Numbered from the stretch's first letter, positions 10,285 to 21,641 are shown. The stretch is 64,000 bases of DNA from Candidatus Latescibacterota bacterium (GCA_965248435.1 OZ252100.1:4320001-4384000), one strand, 5' to 3'. Numbers and translations: made by a program. Notes: generated by a model not told the origin, from the sequence alone.

Positions 10285-12201
10285 ATGTGTGGGTTCTGCG
10301 GAGTCTGGCCGACAAGCAGCAAAGGATTGATCGAAAGGATGCTTGCGCCGATTCCGCATCGGGGTCCCGATGACAGCGGGAGCTTCCACGATCCGGAGAT
10401 CGGCTTGGGCCTGGGCCATCGACGTTTGAGTATTATCGATCTTTCAGTGGCGGGCCGCCAGCCGATGTCGAACGACGATCAGACGATCCGGATCGTCTAT
10501 AACGGGGAGGTCTACAATTTCGGAGAGCTCAGAAAAGAGCTGGAGGGCAAGGGATATCGGTTTCGATCGCAGACCGATACAGAGGTCGTCCTGCGTGCAT
10601 ATGAGGCGTGGGGCCCGAGTTGCCTGCGACGATTCAACGGGATCTTCGCGTTTGCCATATGGGATTCGCGAGAACATCAATTGTTCCTGGCGAGGGATCG
10701 GTTTGGCGTAAAACCACTGTATTATCTGCTTCAGGGAAAACGGTTCCTGTTTGCATCGGAGATCAAGTCGCTCCTGCAATGCCAGGATGTTCAGGCTGAG
10801 ATAGACCTGGAGGCCTTGAATGCCTATCTGACTTTCCGATACGTCCCCGGATCCCGAACTCTTTTTACGGGGATTCGGTCGCTCCCCCCTGCGTCCTACG
10901 CCCTCTTCTCTGACGGCCGATTGGAGATCAACACGTACTGGCGTTTGAAGTTCGAGCCGTGCTCGATGACGATGGAGGACCGGGTCGATCAGACGCGCGA
11001 GTGTCTGAAGAATTCAGTAAGGAGGCAGCTGGTCAGCGACGTTTCGCTGGGCGTCTTCCTGAGCGGAGGCCTGGATTCGAGTGCCATTCTGGCCATGATG
11101 GCGGAAGTTGTGAGCGAGCCGATCAAGACCTATACCATCGGGTTCAAGAAGGAAGATGAGGCCCTGGAGGGCCAGAACAAAGACCTCGAGTACGCTAGGA
11201 AAATTGCCGGAGTCTTTGGTGTGGATGCGCGCGAGAGGGTTCTCGAGCCTGACGTCGTTGGACTGCTGCCAGGGGTCGTCAGACACCTCGAAGAGCCCGT
11301 GGGCGATCCAGCAGCAATTACGAGCTATCTGATCTCCGAGGCGGCTCGTGGAGATGTAAAGGTCCTGCTTAGCGGACAGGGAGGAGACGAGGTGTTGGGT
11401 GGATATCCCTGGCACCTCGCCGGGAAGATCGCCTCCGATTATGACAGGCTACCGGGAACTTTCAGGACGTGGAGCGAGAGGTTCCTGACCCAGCTTCCCA
11501 TGGTGAAATCCAGATATGCGGCTCGAACCATCCGGAGAATGTGGAAATTCCTGGAGAATGCGCCTTTGCCTTCACGCGAGCGCTACATCGGATTCTGTTC
11601 CTACATCAGTGGTGATGATCGGCAGGCGATCTACTCGAATGAGATCAGGGGCGAGATGGCCGGGTATGACCCGTGGGCGATTCACATGTCCCACTTCGAT
11701 GCCTGTGAGGGCTATTCCTTTACCGATCAGATGCTTTACGTTGATCTGATGACATTCCTGCCCTATCTTAATCTGACCTACACGGACAAGACTAGCATGG
11801 CACACTCGATCGAGGCCAGGGTCCCTTTTCTAGACAACGAGTTTGTTGATTTCATGTCCGGGGTCCCGGGAAGTCTTAAGATCAAGGGACTCACCCAGAA
11901 GTACATTTTGAAGAAGGCCATGGAGGGCATCTTGCCGAAGGCCGCCATCTATCGCAAAAAGGCGGGGTTCGGCGCACCGATTCGCTCCTGGCTCGTGAAA
12001 GACCTGGCCGAAATGGTGAACGATCTATTGTCAGAGAACACAATCAGAGCGAGGGGGCTGTTTGATCACCAGACGGTCCGACGCATCGTCGAAGAGAACC
12101 GGTCCGGGTCGGCTGACCACAACTATCTGATATACAGCCTCCTGACCCTGGAGATCTGGTGTCAGACCTTTCTTGACGCGCCACGCGTCGTGGGTTCTTG
12201 A
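10285..12201 (+). CDS. asnB: Asparagine synthase (glutamine-hydrolysing)-family amidotransferase
   Basis: MCGFCG N-terminal Cys, HRGPD, LSGGLDSS, EARVPFLD. Confidence 0.93.
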   Translation: MCGFCGVWPTSSKGLIERMLAPIPHRGPDDSGSFHDPEIGLGLGHRRLSIIDLSVAGRQPMSNDDQTIRIVYNGEVYNFGELRKELEGKGYRFRSQTDTEVVLRAYEAWGPSCLRRFNGIFAFAIWDSREHQLFLARDRFGVKPLYYLLQGKRFLFASEIKSLLQCQDVQAEIDLEALNAYLTFRYVPGSRTLFTGIRSLPPASYALFSDGRLEINTYWRLKFEPCSMTMEDRVDQTRECLKNSVRRQLVSDVSLGVFLSGGLDSSAILAMMAEVVSEPIKTYTIGFKKEDEALEGQNKDLEYARKIAGVFGVDARERVLEPDVVGLLPGVVRHLEEPVGDPAAITSYLISEAARGDVKVLLSGQGGDEVLGGYPWHLAGKIASDYDRLPGTFRTWSERFLTQLPMVKSRYAARTIRRMWKFLENAPLPSRERYIGFCSYISGDDRQAIYSNEIRGEMAGYDPWAIHMSHFDACEGYSFTDQMLYVDLMTFLPYLNLTYTDKTSMAHSIEARVPFLDNEFVDFMSGVPGSLKIKGLTQKYILKKAMEGILPKAAIYRKKAGFGAPIRSWLVKDLAEMVNDLLSENTIRARGLFDHQTVRRIVEENRSGSADHNYLIYSLLTLEIWCQTFLDAPRVVGS

Positions 12202-12205
12202 GGGC

Positions 12206-14386
12206 TTGAGACAGGTCCTTCAAAACTACCGGACAGGCGACCTCTTTATCGAGGAGCTCCCCCCTCCCGTGCTGCGTCCGGGTGGCGTGCTCGTTCGTAC
12301 CGCCTGTTCCCTGATCAGCTCCGGTACTGAGAGACAGAAGGTGAACCTGGCACAGCAATCTCTGTTGGGAAAGGCCAGGGAACGGCCCGATCAGGTGATG
12401 AAGGTCCTGAGCAGCTTCAAGCAGGAGGGGTTTCTCAACACGCTGAAAAAGGTGCGGGACCGCCTGGACCAACCGATGCCTCTGGGCTACAGCTGCGCAG
12501 GAGAGGTGATGGAAGTCGCGGATGGCGTGGACGAGTTTCAAACAGGCGATCACGTTGCTTGCGGCGGTGAAGGTTACGCCAACCACGCAGAAATCAATTA
12601 CCTGCCGAAGAACCTGTGTGTGAAGGTGCCCGACGGCCTGCCGTATGAATCTTCAGCCTATGCGACCGTTGGCGCGATTGCCCTTCAGGCGGTCAGGCAG
12701 GCCGGTCTGGGCGTGGGGGAACGCGCGGCCGTGATCGGAATGGGTCTGGTCGGCAATCTGATCGCGCAGCTCCTGAAGACGGCAGGCTGTTCCGTGGTGG
12801 GTGTAGACGTGGATGACTTCCGGATTCGGATGGCGGAGCGGGTCGGGGCCGACATTTCGCTGAACGGTCTTTCGGGGGATCTCGAGAATCGGATCGAGGC
12901 GTTCTCGGACGGTCTTGGAGTGGATGCAGTGATCATTTCCGCAGCCACAAAGAGCAACGATCCGATTGTCCTCGCCGGCGAGATTTCTCGGGACCGCGGC
13001 ACCGTGGTCATCGTGGGGCAGGTGAAGATGGACATCCCCTGGAAGCTGTATTACGAGAAGGAGCTCTCGGTCAAATTGTCCCGATCATACGGGCCCGGCA
13101 GGTATGACAGCACCTACGAAGAGAAGGGCATCGATTATAACGTCGGCTACGTGCGCTGGACCGAGAAACGGAACATGGAAGAATTCCTCCGTCTCGTTGA
13201 CAGCGGTCGGGTAGACCTGGAGACGATTACGACGAACCGGATTCCCATCGAAAGGGCGCCGGAGGCCTACCGCCTGATCCTGGAAGGTAAAGTGCCGCAC
13301 CTGGGGGTGCTCCTGGAGTACCCGGGAGATGCCAGGGCCCCTTCCTTCAAGATCCCGTTGAAGCGGTCCACGAGACCCGCTGGGAGCGGCGGGAAGATTC
13401 GGATAGGTTTTATCGGTGCGGGGAAGTTCGCGCAGACGACGTTATTGCCCAATTTACGAAAGAATCGGCACGTCATCCTGAAGAGCATCGCTTCGGCGGG
13501 CGGCGCTTCGGCCCAGCACCTGGGGACGAAATTCGGGTTTGAAGACTGCCGGAGCGACTATCGGAATATCCTGAGCGATCCCGAGATCGATGTAGTGGTG
13601 ATCGCGACCCGCCACGACCAGCACGCGACGATTGCGTGCGAGGCGCTGAAAGAAGAGAAGCACGTTTTCGTGGAGAAACCTCTGGCTCTGACTGAACAGG
13701 ATTTGAAGAAGGTCGCGGACGCGTGGGCGTCTTCCCCCGCCGGATTGACCGTGGGCTTCAACCGTCGGTTCTCCGCGCTTTCCGAGGACGCTCACAAACT
13801 GTTCGAGAGGCGCGATCATCCGATCGAGATCGTCTATCGAGTCAACTCCGGCATGCAGGAATCGGATTCGTGGTATCGAGACATTGAAGTGGGGGGAGGC
13901 GGCATTCTGGGCGAAGCGTGCCATTTTATTGATTTCCTCAGGTATGTCACCGGCTCCAGGATTACCCGGGTGTTTGGCTCTTCGGTCTGCGATGGAAGCG
14001 GAAAGGTGGACCGGGAAAACTTCACCGCCAGCCTTGCCTTCGAGGATCGTTCGATAGGGACTATACATTATTACAGCAACGGCGATCCTTCCTACGAGAA
14101 GGAAAGGGTCGAGATCTTCGGCGGAGACAAGACCGTGGTGATTCGGAACTTCAGAAGACTCGTCGTCTCCGAGGGGGGAAGGATCAGAAAGTCCACGAAA
14201 TTCCTGGGTGACAAAGGACATAAGGCAGAGTTGGACCGTTTTGTAGACGCGATCAGACTTGACATGGAGATGCCGATTCCATTCAGCGAAATCGTGGAGA
14301 CGTCATTGGCCACACTGAAGATTCTGGATTCTGTCGCAGAAGGCCGTGCCCTGGGAGTGGAAGTTGTTCAATTGGACGCAAGCTAG
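12206..14386 (+). CDS. Bi-domain oxidoreductase (Zn-dependent dehydrogenase + Gfo/Idh/MocA)
   Basis: SLISSGTE, GYSCAG, SRSYGPGRYD in the first domain; IGFIGAG, EKPLA, VGFNRRF, GEACHFID in the second. Confidence 0.9.
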   Translation: MRQVLQNYRTGDLFIEELPPPVLRPGGVLVRTACSLISSGTERQKVNLAQQSLLGKARERPDQVMKVLSSFKQEGFLNTLKKVRDRLDQPMPLGYSCAGEVMEVADGVDEFQTGDHVACGGEGYANHAEINYLPKNLCVKVPDGLPYESSAYATVGAIALQAVRQAGLGVGERAAVIGMGLVGNLIAQLLKTAGCSVVGVDVDDFRIRMAERVGADISLNGLSGDLENRIEAFSDGLGVDAVIISAATKSNDPIVLAGEISRDRGTVVIVGQVKMDIPWKLYYEKELSVKLSRSYGPGRYDSTYEEKGIDYNVGYVRWTEKRNMEEFLRLVDSGRVDLETITTNRIPIERAPEAYRLILEGKVPHLGVLLEYPGDARAPSFKIPLKRSTRPAGSGGKIRIGFIGAGKFAQTTLLPNLRKNRHVILKSIASAGGASAQHLGTKFGFEDCRSDYRNILSDPEIDVVVIATRHDQHATIACEALKEEKHVFVEKPLALTEQDLKKVADAWASSPAGLTVGFNRRFSALSEDAHKLFERRDHPIEIVYRVNSGMQESDSWYRDIEVGGGGILGEACHFIDFLRYVTGSRITRVFGSSVCDGSGKVDRENFTASLAFEDRSIGTIHYYSNGDPSYEKERVEIFGGDKTVVIRNFRRLVVSEGGRIRKSTKFLGDKGHKAELDRFVDAIRLDMEMPIPFSEIVETSLATLKILDSVAEGRALGVEVVQLDAS

Positions 14387-16397
14387 GGCCGTGGCCTGGC
14401 TGGATAGGAGTGTTTTCACCGCTCGCCGCCTGTCTCTGATAACGCTTGAAGAAGCCATCTACCGCGGCTACCTTCTGGTCTGGGCCACGTGGCAAAGGTT
14501 GTTGTTTTGTCTTCGTTCCAAGCGCCCCCCTTCGGCTCCCTCTCCCTTACCTGAATCATCAACCTCCAGGTGCTTTATCTTCGATCCTTCTGAACGGGAA
14601 GCCATACGGGGCGCCTACGTCCGTCTTTTCCCGCACGGAATAGATCGGCTCGCCGAGGAGGCGGAAGCGGTTCTTGCACACAGGCATTCGATATTCGAAA
14701 GGGATGTCGATCTGGGGGATCGGATCGACTGGCATCTTGACGTGAAGTCCGGTCATGCCTGGCCGATGAAGTTCTATGCCGACCTCGATCACAAAGATAA
14801 CCGCATCGGCGCTGTAAAATATGTTTGGGAGTTGAACCGACACGCCCATTTCTACGTCCTCGGAAGGGCCTATTTTCTAACCGGAGATGAGCGCTACGCA
14901 AGGGAGATCTGCAACCAGATCGAGGACTGGATAGAACAGAATCCCTATCCCGTCGGGATCAACTGGGTGAGCCCACTGGAGATGGCGATTCGGATGATTG
15001 CGTGGTTCTGGGTACTCCACTTTGTCGAGGGATCGTCTTCGATGACGAGAGCGCTTCGCCGGAAAACGATGGAATCAATCTGGCTCCAGGCGAATTTCAT
15101 CGAGCACAACCTGTCCCTGTTCTCCTCTGCGAACAACCATTTGATCGGTGAGGCCGCTGGGCTGGCGTTTGCCGGACAACTCACCCGATTTCCGGAATCG
15201 GAGGGCTGGAAGCGGCGGGGCCTGAGCATCATCTGCCGGGAGGTTGAACGGCAAGTTCACGAGGACGGGGTGCCGGCGGAGCAGAGCAGTCACTATGCCA
15301 CGTTTGTACTGGATTTCTATCTCCTTGTCGTTATTCTGTTTATGAGGGCCGGACAGCAGTTGCCTCGGAAGGTCCTCGATTCCATGGGGAAAATGTGTGA
15401 CTTTCTCCAGGCCATCAGAGATTCGGGGGGACGACTGCCAATGATCGGTGACTCTGATGATGCTGTGTTGGCAGAGCTTGGGCAGGACAGAGCAGAAGCG
15501 TGTGAAAGCCTCATGACGGCGGCATCTGTCGTTTTGGAAAGACCGAAACTGAAGAATCCGGATCGTGCGTTTGATGAAAAGTCATTCTGGCTGCTAGGAA
15601 AGGCCGGTTACGAAAAATACAGAAAGTTTTTGGGCAAAGGAGCAGATTCGGAGCTGAGCGTATTTCCCCGGGGGGGCTACGTAATCCATCGCTATGGCAG
15701 GGAAGAAACCAATTCTCTTATGGTTTTTGACTGCGGCCCGCTGGGATACCTTTCTACGGCCGCCCACGGACACGCGGATGCATTGAGCTTTACCCTGAAC
15801 GTCGGCGGACGGGAATTCCTGATCGATCCCGGGACTTACGCGTATCACGAAGATTCCACCTGGAGAAGCTACTTCAGGAGTACGGCGGCGCACAATACGG
15901 TCCGGATAGACGAAATGGACCAGTCTCAAATGGCCGGACCGTTTATGTGGCACAGGAAGGCGAGGGCCTCGCTCATTCGACGCGGTCGAACCATCGTGAG
16001 AGGCCGTCACGATGGCTATTCCTTTCTGTCCGATGGGGTGATGCACACGAGAGAGGTCTATTGGGTGAAAGAGGAGTACGCCTACAGGATCGTTGACGAA
16101 ATCGAGTGCAAGAAGAAGCATCTCGTCGAGATCTTTTTTCATTTTTCAGAGGATTGTTTGGTTCAAGGGCTAGAGGATTCGGTATGCAAGGTGAAGAACG
16201 GGAGCACGCTTAATGTTCACCTGGATCCAAAAGTAGAGTGGGAAATCGTTGTCGGGAGCGAAGCGCCCATTCTTGGATGGATATCCAGGTCTTACGGAAG
16301 AAAGGTGCCCACGCATACACTGAGAGGCTGGGGTATTTTCGACCAGCGCGTGGTGCTAAAGACGACGCTGTCTGTTGAAGCGCCGGAGAACCAATGA
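14346..16397 (+). CDS. Heparinase II/III family protein
   Basis: KYVWELNR, NNHL, EQSSHY, AHGHADALSF, DPGTY, TAAHNT. Confidence 0.88.
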   Translation: MPWEWKLFNWTQARAVAWLDRSVFTARRLSLITLEEAIYRGYLLVWATWQRLLFCLRSKRPPSAPSPLPESSTSRCFIFDPSEREAIRGAYVRLFPHGIDRLAEEAEAVLAHRHSIFERDVDLGDRIDWHLDVKSGHAWPMKFYADLDHKDNRIGAVKYVWELNRHAHFYVLGRAYFLTGDERYAREICNQIEDWIEQNPYPVGINWVSPLEMAIRMIAWFWVLHFVEGSSSMTRALRRKTMESIWLQANFIEHNLSLFSSANNHLIGEAAGLAFAGQLTRFPESEGWKRRGLSIICREVERQVHEDGVPAEQSSHYATFVLDFYLLVVILFMRAGQQLPRKVLDSMGKMCDFLQAIRDSGGRLPMIGDSDDAVLAELGQDRAEACESLMTAASVVLERPKLKNPDRAFDEKSFWLLGKAGYEKYRKFLGKGADSELSVFPRGGYVIHRYGREETNSLMVFDCGPLGYLSTAAHGHADALSFTLNVGGREFLIDPGTYAYHEDSTWRSYFRSTAAHNTVRIDEMDQSQMAGPFMWHRKARASLIRRGRTIVRGRHDGYSFLSDGVMHTREVYWVKEEYAYRIVDEIECKKKHLVEIFFHFSEDCLVQGLEDSVCKVKNGSTLNVHLDPKVEWEIVVGSEAPILGWISRSYGRKVPTHTLRGWGIFDQRVVLKTTLSVEAPENQ

Positions 16398-17719
16398 TGG
16401 ATGTGAGCGTGTTCGGGCTGGGATACGTGGGCTGTGTGACTGCCGCCGGTTTTGCCAGGGAGGGTCACCAGGTTACGGGCGTGGACGTAAACCCCCAGAA
16501 GGTAGAGATGATCAATTCTGGGAAGAGCCCGATCATCGAGCAGGGCATGGATGACCTCGTTCGAACGGTTCGGGAGGCCGGAAGGCTGAGGGCGACGGGG
16601 AGCACCGAAGAGGCGGTTGAGCATAGCGACTTGTGTTTTGTCTGCGTGGGCACGCCGAGCAACCCAGATGGCAGCCTCGATGACCGGTCTCTGAAACAGG
16701 TCTGCACCCAAATTGGGAACGTGCTGTCCAAGCTGGAGAAATTCTCCACGATCGTCATAAGGAGCACGACCGTTCCAGGCACCGTGGAGAGGAGTCTCCT
16801 GCCTGTTCTGGAAGAGGCGTCGGGAAAGACTTTGGAAAGAGACTTTGATCTGTGTGTCAACCCGGAATTTCTCCGTGAAGGGAGCTCAATTTCAGACTTC
16901 TTCGCGCCGCCCAAGATCGTAATCGGGGAACGGAACAGCTCGGGCGGTGACCTCCTGGCCTCGCTTCATGGCTCCATCGAAGCGCCGCTGTTCCGCACGA
17001 ACATCATGACCGCGGAGCTGGTCAAGTACGCTGACAACGTGTTTCACAGCCTGAAGATTACGTTCGCCAATGAAATGGGCAACATCTGCCGGCGTCTGGA
17101 CCTGGACAGCCATGAATTGATGAAGATCTTCTGCCAGGATACGAAACTCAACATCTCGTCCGCCTACCTCAAGCCCGGGTTCGCGTTCGGCGGGTCCTGT
17201 CTGCCCAAGGATCTGCGCGCATTGCTTCACAAAGCGAGGTCTGTAGATCTGGACCTCCCCGTTCTTGAATCCATTTTGGAGAGCAATAAAAAGCAGCTCG
17301 ACGCTGCGCTCGATATTGTCCTTTCGACCGAAAAGAAGCGGGTGGGTCTGCTCGGACTCAGCTTCAAACCGGGAACGGATGATCTCAGAGAGAGCCCGCT
17401 CGTGGATCTGGTGAAGCGCCTGCTCTCGAAGGGACGTGAGGTAAGCATCTATGACGAGAATGTGTCCTTCGACAAGATGCTGGGGTCCAACAAGGCCTAC
17501 GCGGAGCAGCAGCTTTCAAATTTGAGCGGCTTGTTGTGTGAGTCGATCGATAACGTGGTGAGGAACTCCGAGGTGATCGTCGTGGGGCACAAGAACCGGG
17601 CTTTCAAGGAGGCTTTACGTCAGGTGACAAAGGATCAGGCCGTTGTCGACCTTGTCAGGCTTTACGAACCCGAGGAGTCCGGGGCATTAAAGGGCCCCTA
17701 TCATGGCATCTGCTGGTAA
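16394..17719 (+). CDS. algD: GDP-mannose 6-dehydrogenase (AlgD-type nucleotide-sugar dehydrogenase)
   Basis: FGLGYVG, PEFLREG, PGFAFGGSCLPKD, and the C-terminal GICW typical of AlgD. Confidence 0.85.
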   Translation: MMDVSVFGLGYVGCVTAAGFAREGHQVTGVDVNPQKVEMINSGKSPIIEQGMDDLVRTVREAGRLRATGSTEEAVEHSDLCFVCVGTPSNPDGSLDDRSLKQVCTQIGNVLSKLEKFSTIVIRSTTVPGTVERSLLPVLEEASGKTLERDFDLCVNPEFLREGSSISDFFAPPKIVIGERNSSGGDLLASLHGSIEAPLFRTNIMTAELVKYADNVFHSLKITFANEMGNICRRLDLDSHELMKIFCQDTKLNISSAYLKPGFAFGGSCLPKDLRALLHKARSVDLDLPVLESILESNKKQLDAALDIVLSTEKKRVGLLGLSFKPGTDDLRESPLVDLVKRLLSKGREVSIYDENVSFDKMLGSNKAYAEQQLSNLSGLLCESIDNVVRNSEVIVVGHKNRAFKEALRQVTKDQAVVDLVRLYEPEESGALKGPYHGICW

Positions 17720-18911
17720 GATCCTGATTATTGTTCAGAACCTGCCCGTGCCCTTCGATCGCCGCGTCTGGCTCGAAGCCGTGACGCTGAAGGAACGCAA
17801 CTACAGGATTTCCGTGGTCTGTCCCAAAGGAATGGGTTTTACGAAGACTTTTGAAGAGATAGACGGGATTTCGATCTATCGGTATCCCTGGTACGAGGCG
17901 CGGAGCCATCCCTTGAGCTTCGCGTTCGAGTTTGCATATTGCTGGATGATGACCGCGATCCTATCCGTCGCTGTATTTTTCAGGGAGGGATTCCAGGTCA
18001 TCCACGCGTGCAATCCTCCGGATACGTTTTTTCTTCTTGCGTTGATCTATCGGCCGTTCGGAATCAAATTCGTGTTCGATCAACACGACCTCTGTCCGGA
18101 GATGTACCTCAGCAACAACCGTGTTTCGGAGGGTCGTGGGATCATCTATCGGTCCTTGCTGGTACTGGAGCGGCTGACCTACGCGTCGGCAGAAATAGTG
18201 CTGGCTACGAATAAATCCTACAAGGAGGTGGCAACAAAGAGGGGAAGACTTGATGAAGAGTGCGTCACCGTGGTCCGGACAGGACCGGATTTCAACCGTT
18301 TGAAGATCGTGCCTCCCGATGAATTACTCAAGAAAGGCAAGCGGTTTCTGATCTGTTATCTGGGATCGATGGGTTCTCACGATGGGGTCGACTACCTCAT
18401 CAGATCTTTCAGGACGCTGGTCACAGACCTGCGATTCAAGGACGCGCACCTCGCCCTTATCGGAGGGGGCACTCACGTGAGCGAGCTCAAAGCCCTGGTC
18501 AAGACTTTCGCGCTTCAGGAATATGTTACATTCACGGGCAGAATTTCTGATGAGGAGGTGAATCTCTATCTGTCGACGGCAGACCTGTGCGCGAGTCCGG
18601 ACCCCAAAGATTCGTTCAACGACAAGTCGACGATGAACAAAACGCTTGAATACATGGCGATGGCAAAACCGATCGTAGCTTTTGATCTCAAGGAAACGAG
18701 ATTCTCCGCCCGGGATGCTGCGCGCTATGCCCACCCAAATGACGAAAGGGATTTTTCCGAACAGATGAAGGCACTTCTTCTGGATCCGCTGGAGCGAGAA
18801 AGGATGGGAAGATTTGGAAGGGTGCGGATCGAAAACGAATTGTCGTGGGAGCATACAAGACATGCTCTGTTGAAGGCTTACTCTGGGCTGATCCAGAAGA
18901 GCTATACGTGA
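17703..18911 (+). CDS. Glycosyltransferase family 4 (WbuB-like)
   Basis: NLPVPFDRRVW, HACNPPD, DQHDLCPE, NKTLEYMA. Confidence 0.9.
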   Translation: MASAGKILIIVQNLPVPFDRRVWLEAVTLKERNYRISVVCPKGMGFTKTFEEIDGISIYRYPWYEARSHPLSFAFEFAYCWMMTAILSVAVFFREGFQVIHACNPPDTFFLLALIYRPFGIKFVFDQHDLCPEMYLSNNRVSEGRGIIYRSLLVLERLTYASAEIVLATNKSYKEVATKRGRLDEECVTVVRTGPDFNRLKIVPPDELLKKGKRFLICYLGSMGSHDGVDYLIRSFRTLVTDLRFKDAHLALIGGGTHVSELKALVKTFALQEYVTFTGRISDEEVNLYLSTADLCASPDPKDSFNDKSTMNKTLEYMAMAKPIVAFDLKETRFSARDAARYAHPNDERDFSEQMKALLLDPLERERMGRFGRVRIENELSWEHTRHALLKAYSGLIQKSYT

Positions 18912-20221
18912 TTCGTTCCAACAAGCAGGCTGTTCAGAATAGAAGGGTCGTCCTGGGTTTGACCCTTGTCTTCGCCGCCATCGTCCCTCACAGATACCTG
19001 ATCCTGCCCGAATTCCAGAGTCTATTCCAACCCGTTTTCCCCCTTCTCTTCCGGTTCTTGCCTGTCGTCGTCATTTTCGCGCTGGCAGCAGAATGGATTC
19101 TGCGCGAAGGCGTGCATTCCGTCCTCCGCGGCGCGGCGTCCAGCCCAGCGGCAATCTGGCTGGCATGCCTCCTGCTCTCCGGAATCTTGAGCGTTTGGAA
19201 CGCACCGAATCCGGCATTCTCGTTGGCAAGGACCCTTTACTATTTCCTGCCGGGGATATTGTGCTATTTCGTCTTTCTGCGCTTTGGGGGAGATGAGCAC
19301 GGCGTCAAGTGGCTTGTCACAGTCGTTTTCTGCGCGGGTGCTGTGATAGGCCTCTATGGAATCGCTGAGTTCTTCGCTGGAAAAAACTTCCTGTTCAGAG
19401 AGACGTTCAGTGTGCAAAATCCGCTGTATCGCCAATTCGCACACACCGGATACGTCTGGCGGATTTCGGCAACGATCGGACATCCCGTATACACCGGAAC
19501 GTTTCTGATGATGTGTCTACCCTTCGGTTTTTTCCATTACGTGTCCGCGGGCTCCTGGAAGGGAAAGACGCTGTCGGCGCTTGGTACTTCCGCAGTAACG
19601 GTCGCACTATTTCTGACCTTCACGCGCGGGGCCTGGATTGGGGCATTGGTGAGTCTCTTTTTTTTCTTGAGGAGACGTCCAGAGGTCTATAAATTATTAA
19701 TTCTTATAGTATTACTCGGAAGCATAGTGGTTTTCGCCAGACCGAATCGAACTTTTCAAGTTCTGAAATCGCGAAATCCATGGGAGGATGTCGGCAAGCT
19801 GCAGGGCTTCGGTTTCCGTCTTATGTCCTACAAACATTCCTCGGTTGCCATTGAAAGGCACCCTTTGTTCGGAATCGGATCGGGAAATTACCGCTATCTC
19901 CCCCTTAGCCACGGAGAGAAGAGCGATACTCCCGATAATATGTATCTCCGTGTCCAGGCCGAAAACGGTCTATTCGGCCTCGCTTCCCTGGTGGGAGTTC
20001 TCGTGGTCATCCTCAGAAACAGTCTGGCAGGAAGCCGGAGGAAAGGAATCCCTGGAGTCCTTTCCTCGGCGTTCTGTGCGTCATTCATTGGTTTCTATAT
20101 CGATCTGCTGACCTGTGACGCGCTTTACTTTCCGTTGACAAGAATGACATTTTGGGGCTTGGCGGGCCTGGAGATGGGCCTTTCAAGCCCAGAACGCGAA
20201 GAAACAGAGGAAATCGTTTGA
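18908..20221 (+). CDS. O-antigen ligase family protein
   Basis: Multi-TM; TFTRGAW, PLFGIGSGNY, NMYL..AENGLFG. GTG start overlaps the upstream stop. Confidence 0.8.
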   Translation: MIRSNKQAVQNRRVVLGLTLVFAAIVPHRYLILPEFQSLFQPVFPLLFRFLPVVVIFALAAEWILREGVHSVLRGAASSPAAIWLACLLLSGILSVWNAPNPAFSLARTLYYFLPGILCYFVFLRFGGDEHGVKWLVTVVFCAGAVIGLYGIAEFFAGKNFLFRETFSVQNPLYRQFAHTGYVWRISATIGHPVYTGTFLMMCLPFGFFHYVSAGSWKGKTLSALGTSAVTVALFLTFTRGAWIGALVSLFFFLRRRPEVYKLLILIVLLGSIVVFARPNRTFQVLKSRNPWEDVGKLQGFGFRLMSYKHSSVAIERHPLFGIGSGNYRYLPLSHGEKSDTPDNMYLRVQAENGLFGLASLVGVLVVILRNSLAGSRRKGIPGVLSSAFCASFIGFYIDLLTCDALYFPLTRMTFWGLAGLEMGLSSPEREETEEIV

Positions 20222-21641
20222 GACCTAGAAATTTCATAACAGCTATTCTTGTCCTTATGGACTTTCTTCTGCTTGACCTGACTTTCCTGCTGGCCTATTG
20301 GCTTAGGTTCAACCTGCCATTCTTGCCCGTAAGGCCAGTGGAGCCCTTTGACCTCTATTTGAGGTTCTCCTTTCTCGTTGCCTCCTTCGGATGTATCGCA
20401 CTTTACACATCACGTACCTACGACTTTGATCGGTCTTTCGGGCTGCGTCAGATTTTCGACATCGTTCGTGCGCTAACCCTGGCCTCACTCAGCTTGATGA
20501 TCGTTGTGTATTCATTGAGGGGGTACATTACGCACTACGATACCCAGTTGTATTCCAGACTCGTCATCATCCTGTCCTGGTCTTTGAGCCTGGTTTCAAT
20601 GACGGGCTGGAGATGGGCTTTAACCGGTTGCTGGGTCGTCTTAGGGCTACCGGAAGAGCGGTCAACCGCGTCCTCCTGCTGGGAACTGAGGAAGCGAGTT
20701 GCAGACTCTACAGCACGATGATGAAAAGGCCGGTGCTGGGCTACCGCCCTGTCGGGTGTCTGACCGACTCCGACCTGCACCCTGTGTCGCACGAAATGGA
20801 GATCCTGGGGACGTTGCAGCATCTTCCTGAAGTCTTAAAAACCAGGGTTGTGGATGAAGTGATTCTGACGATCCCGCACCTAAAAGGCGAGTTAATCGCG
20901 ATGCTGATGAATGCCTGTCAGCGGGCCGACGTGAAGTTCAGCATGGTTCCAAGCTTTTTCGAGATCCTGACGAGCCATACGGAGCCTAGGGAGGTCTCCG
21001 GGATCCCCATCTTTTCGGTAGAGGAGCCAATTCTTCGGGCGTGGAATCGTCGGGTCAAACGGGGAATGGATATTTTCTTGAGTCTTGGATTCATTGCTGT
21101 GACGTTTCCAATCTGGATGTTCTCTGCACTGGCGATCAGGCTGGATTCGCCGGGGTCCGCGCTCTTCAGGCAGCGGCGAATGGGAAAGGGAGAAAAGTAT
21201 TTTGAAATGTACAAGTTTCGGTCGATGACAGAGGGCGCAGAGGAACTTCGCGATGAACTGGAAGACCTGAACGAAGCTCAGGGACCGATCTTTAAGATTC
21301 GGGAAGACCCCCGAACCACATCGGTCGGTCGGTGGATTCGGCGCTGGAGCATCGACGAGCTTCCTCAACTGATTAACGTAATAAAGGGCGAGATGAGTAT
21401 CGTCGGTCCGCGTCCCTATCCGATCACGGAGTCCGAGCAGTTTGACACGTTCGAGCGACGTCGTTACGACGTCCTACCCGGGGTTACGGGGCTCGCTCAG
21501 GTGAGTGGACGCAGCGATCTGGACACAGATGAAATCCTCCGGCTCGATCTCTACTACATCGAAAACTGGTCCATCGGCCTGGATATCGAAATCCTCATAA
21601 AGACACTTCCGGCCGTCGTCACACGCAAAGGAGCATATTGA
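20218..21641 (+). pseudogene. Undecaprenyl-phosphate glycosyl-1-phosphate transferase (WcaJ/WbaP-like), split by one frameshift at ~20615
   Basis: The N-terminal 4-TM part (20218-~20615) and the C-terminal part 20613-21641 (KRGMD, MYKFRSM, DPRTT, DELPQL, MSIVGPRP, PGVTGLAQV) join if one G is added to tggg. Confidence 0.8.
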
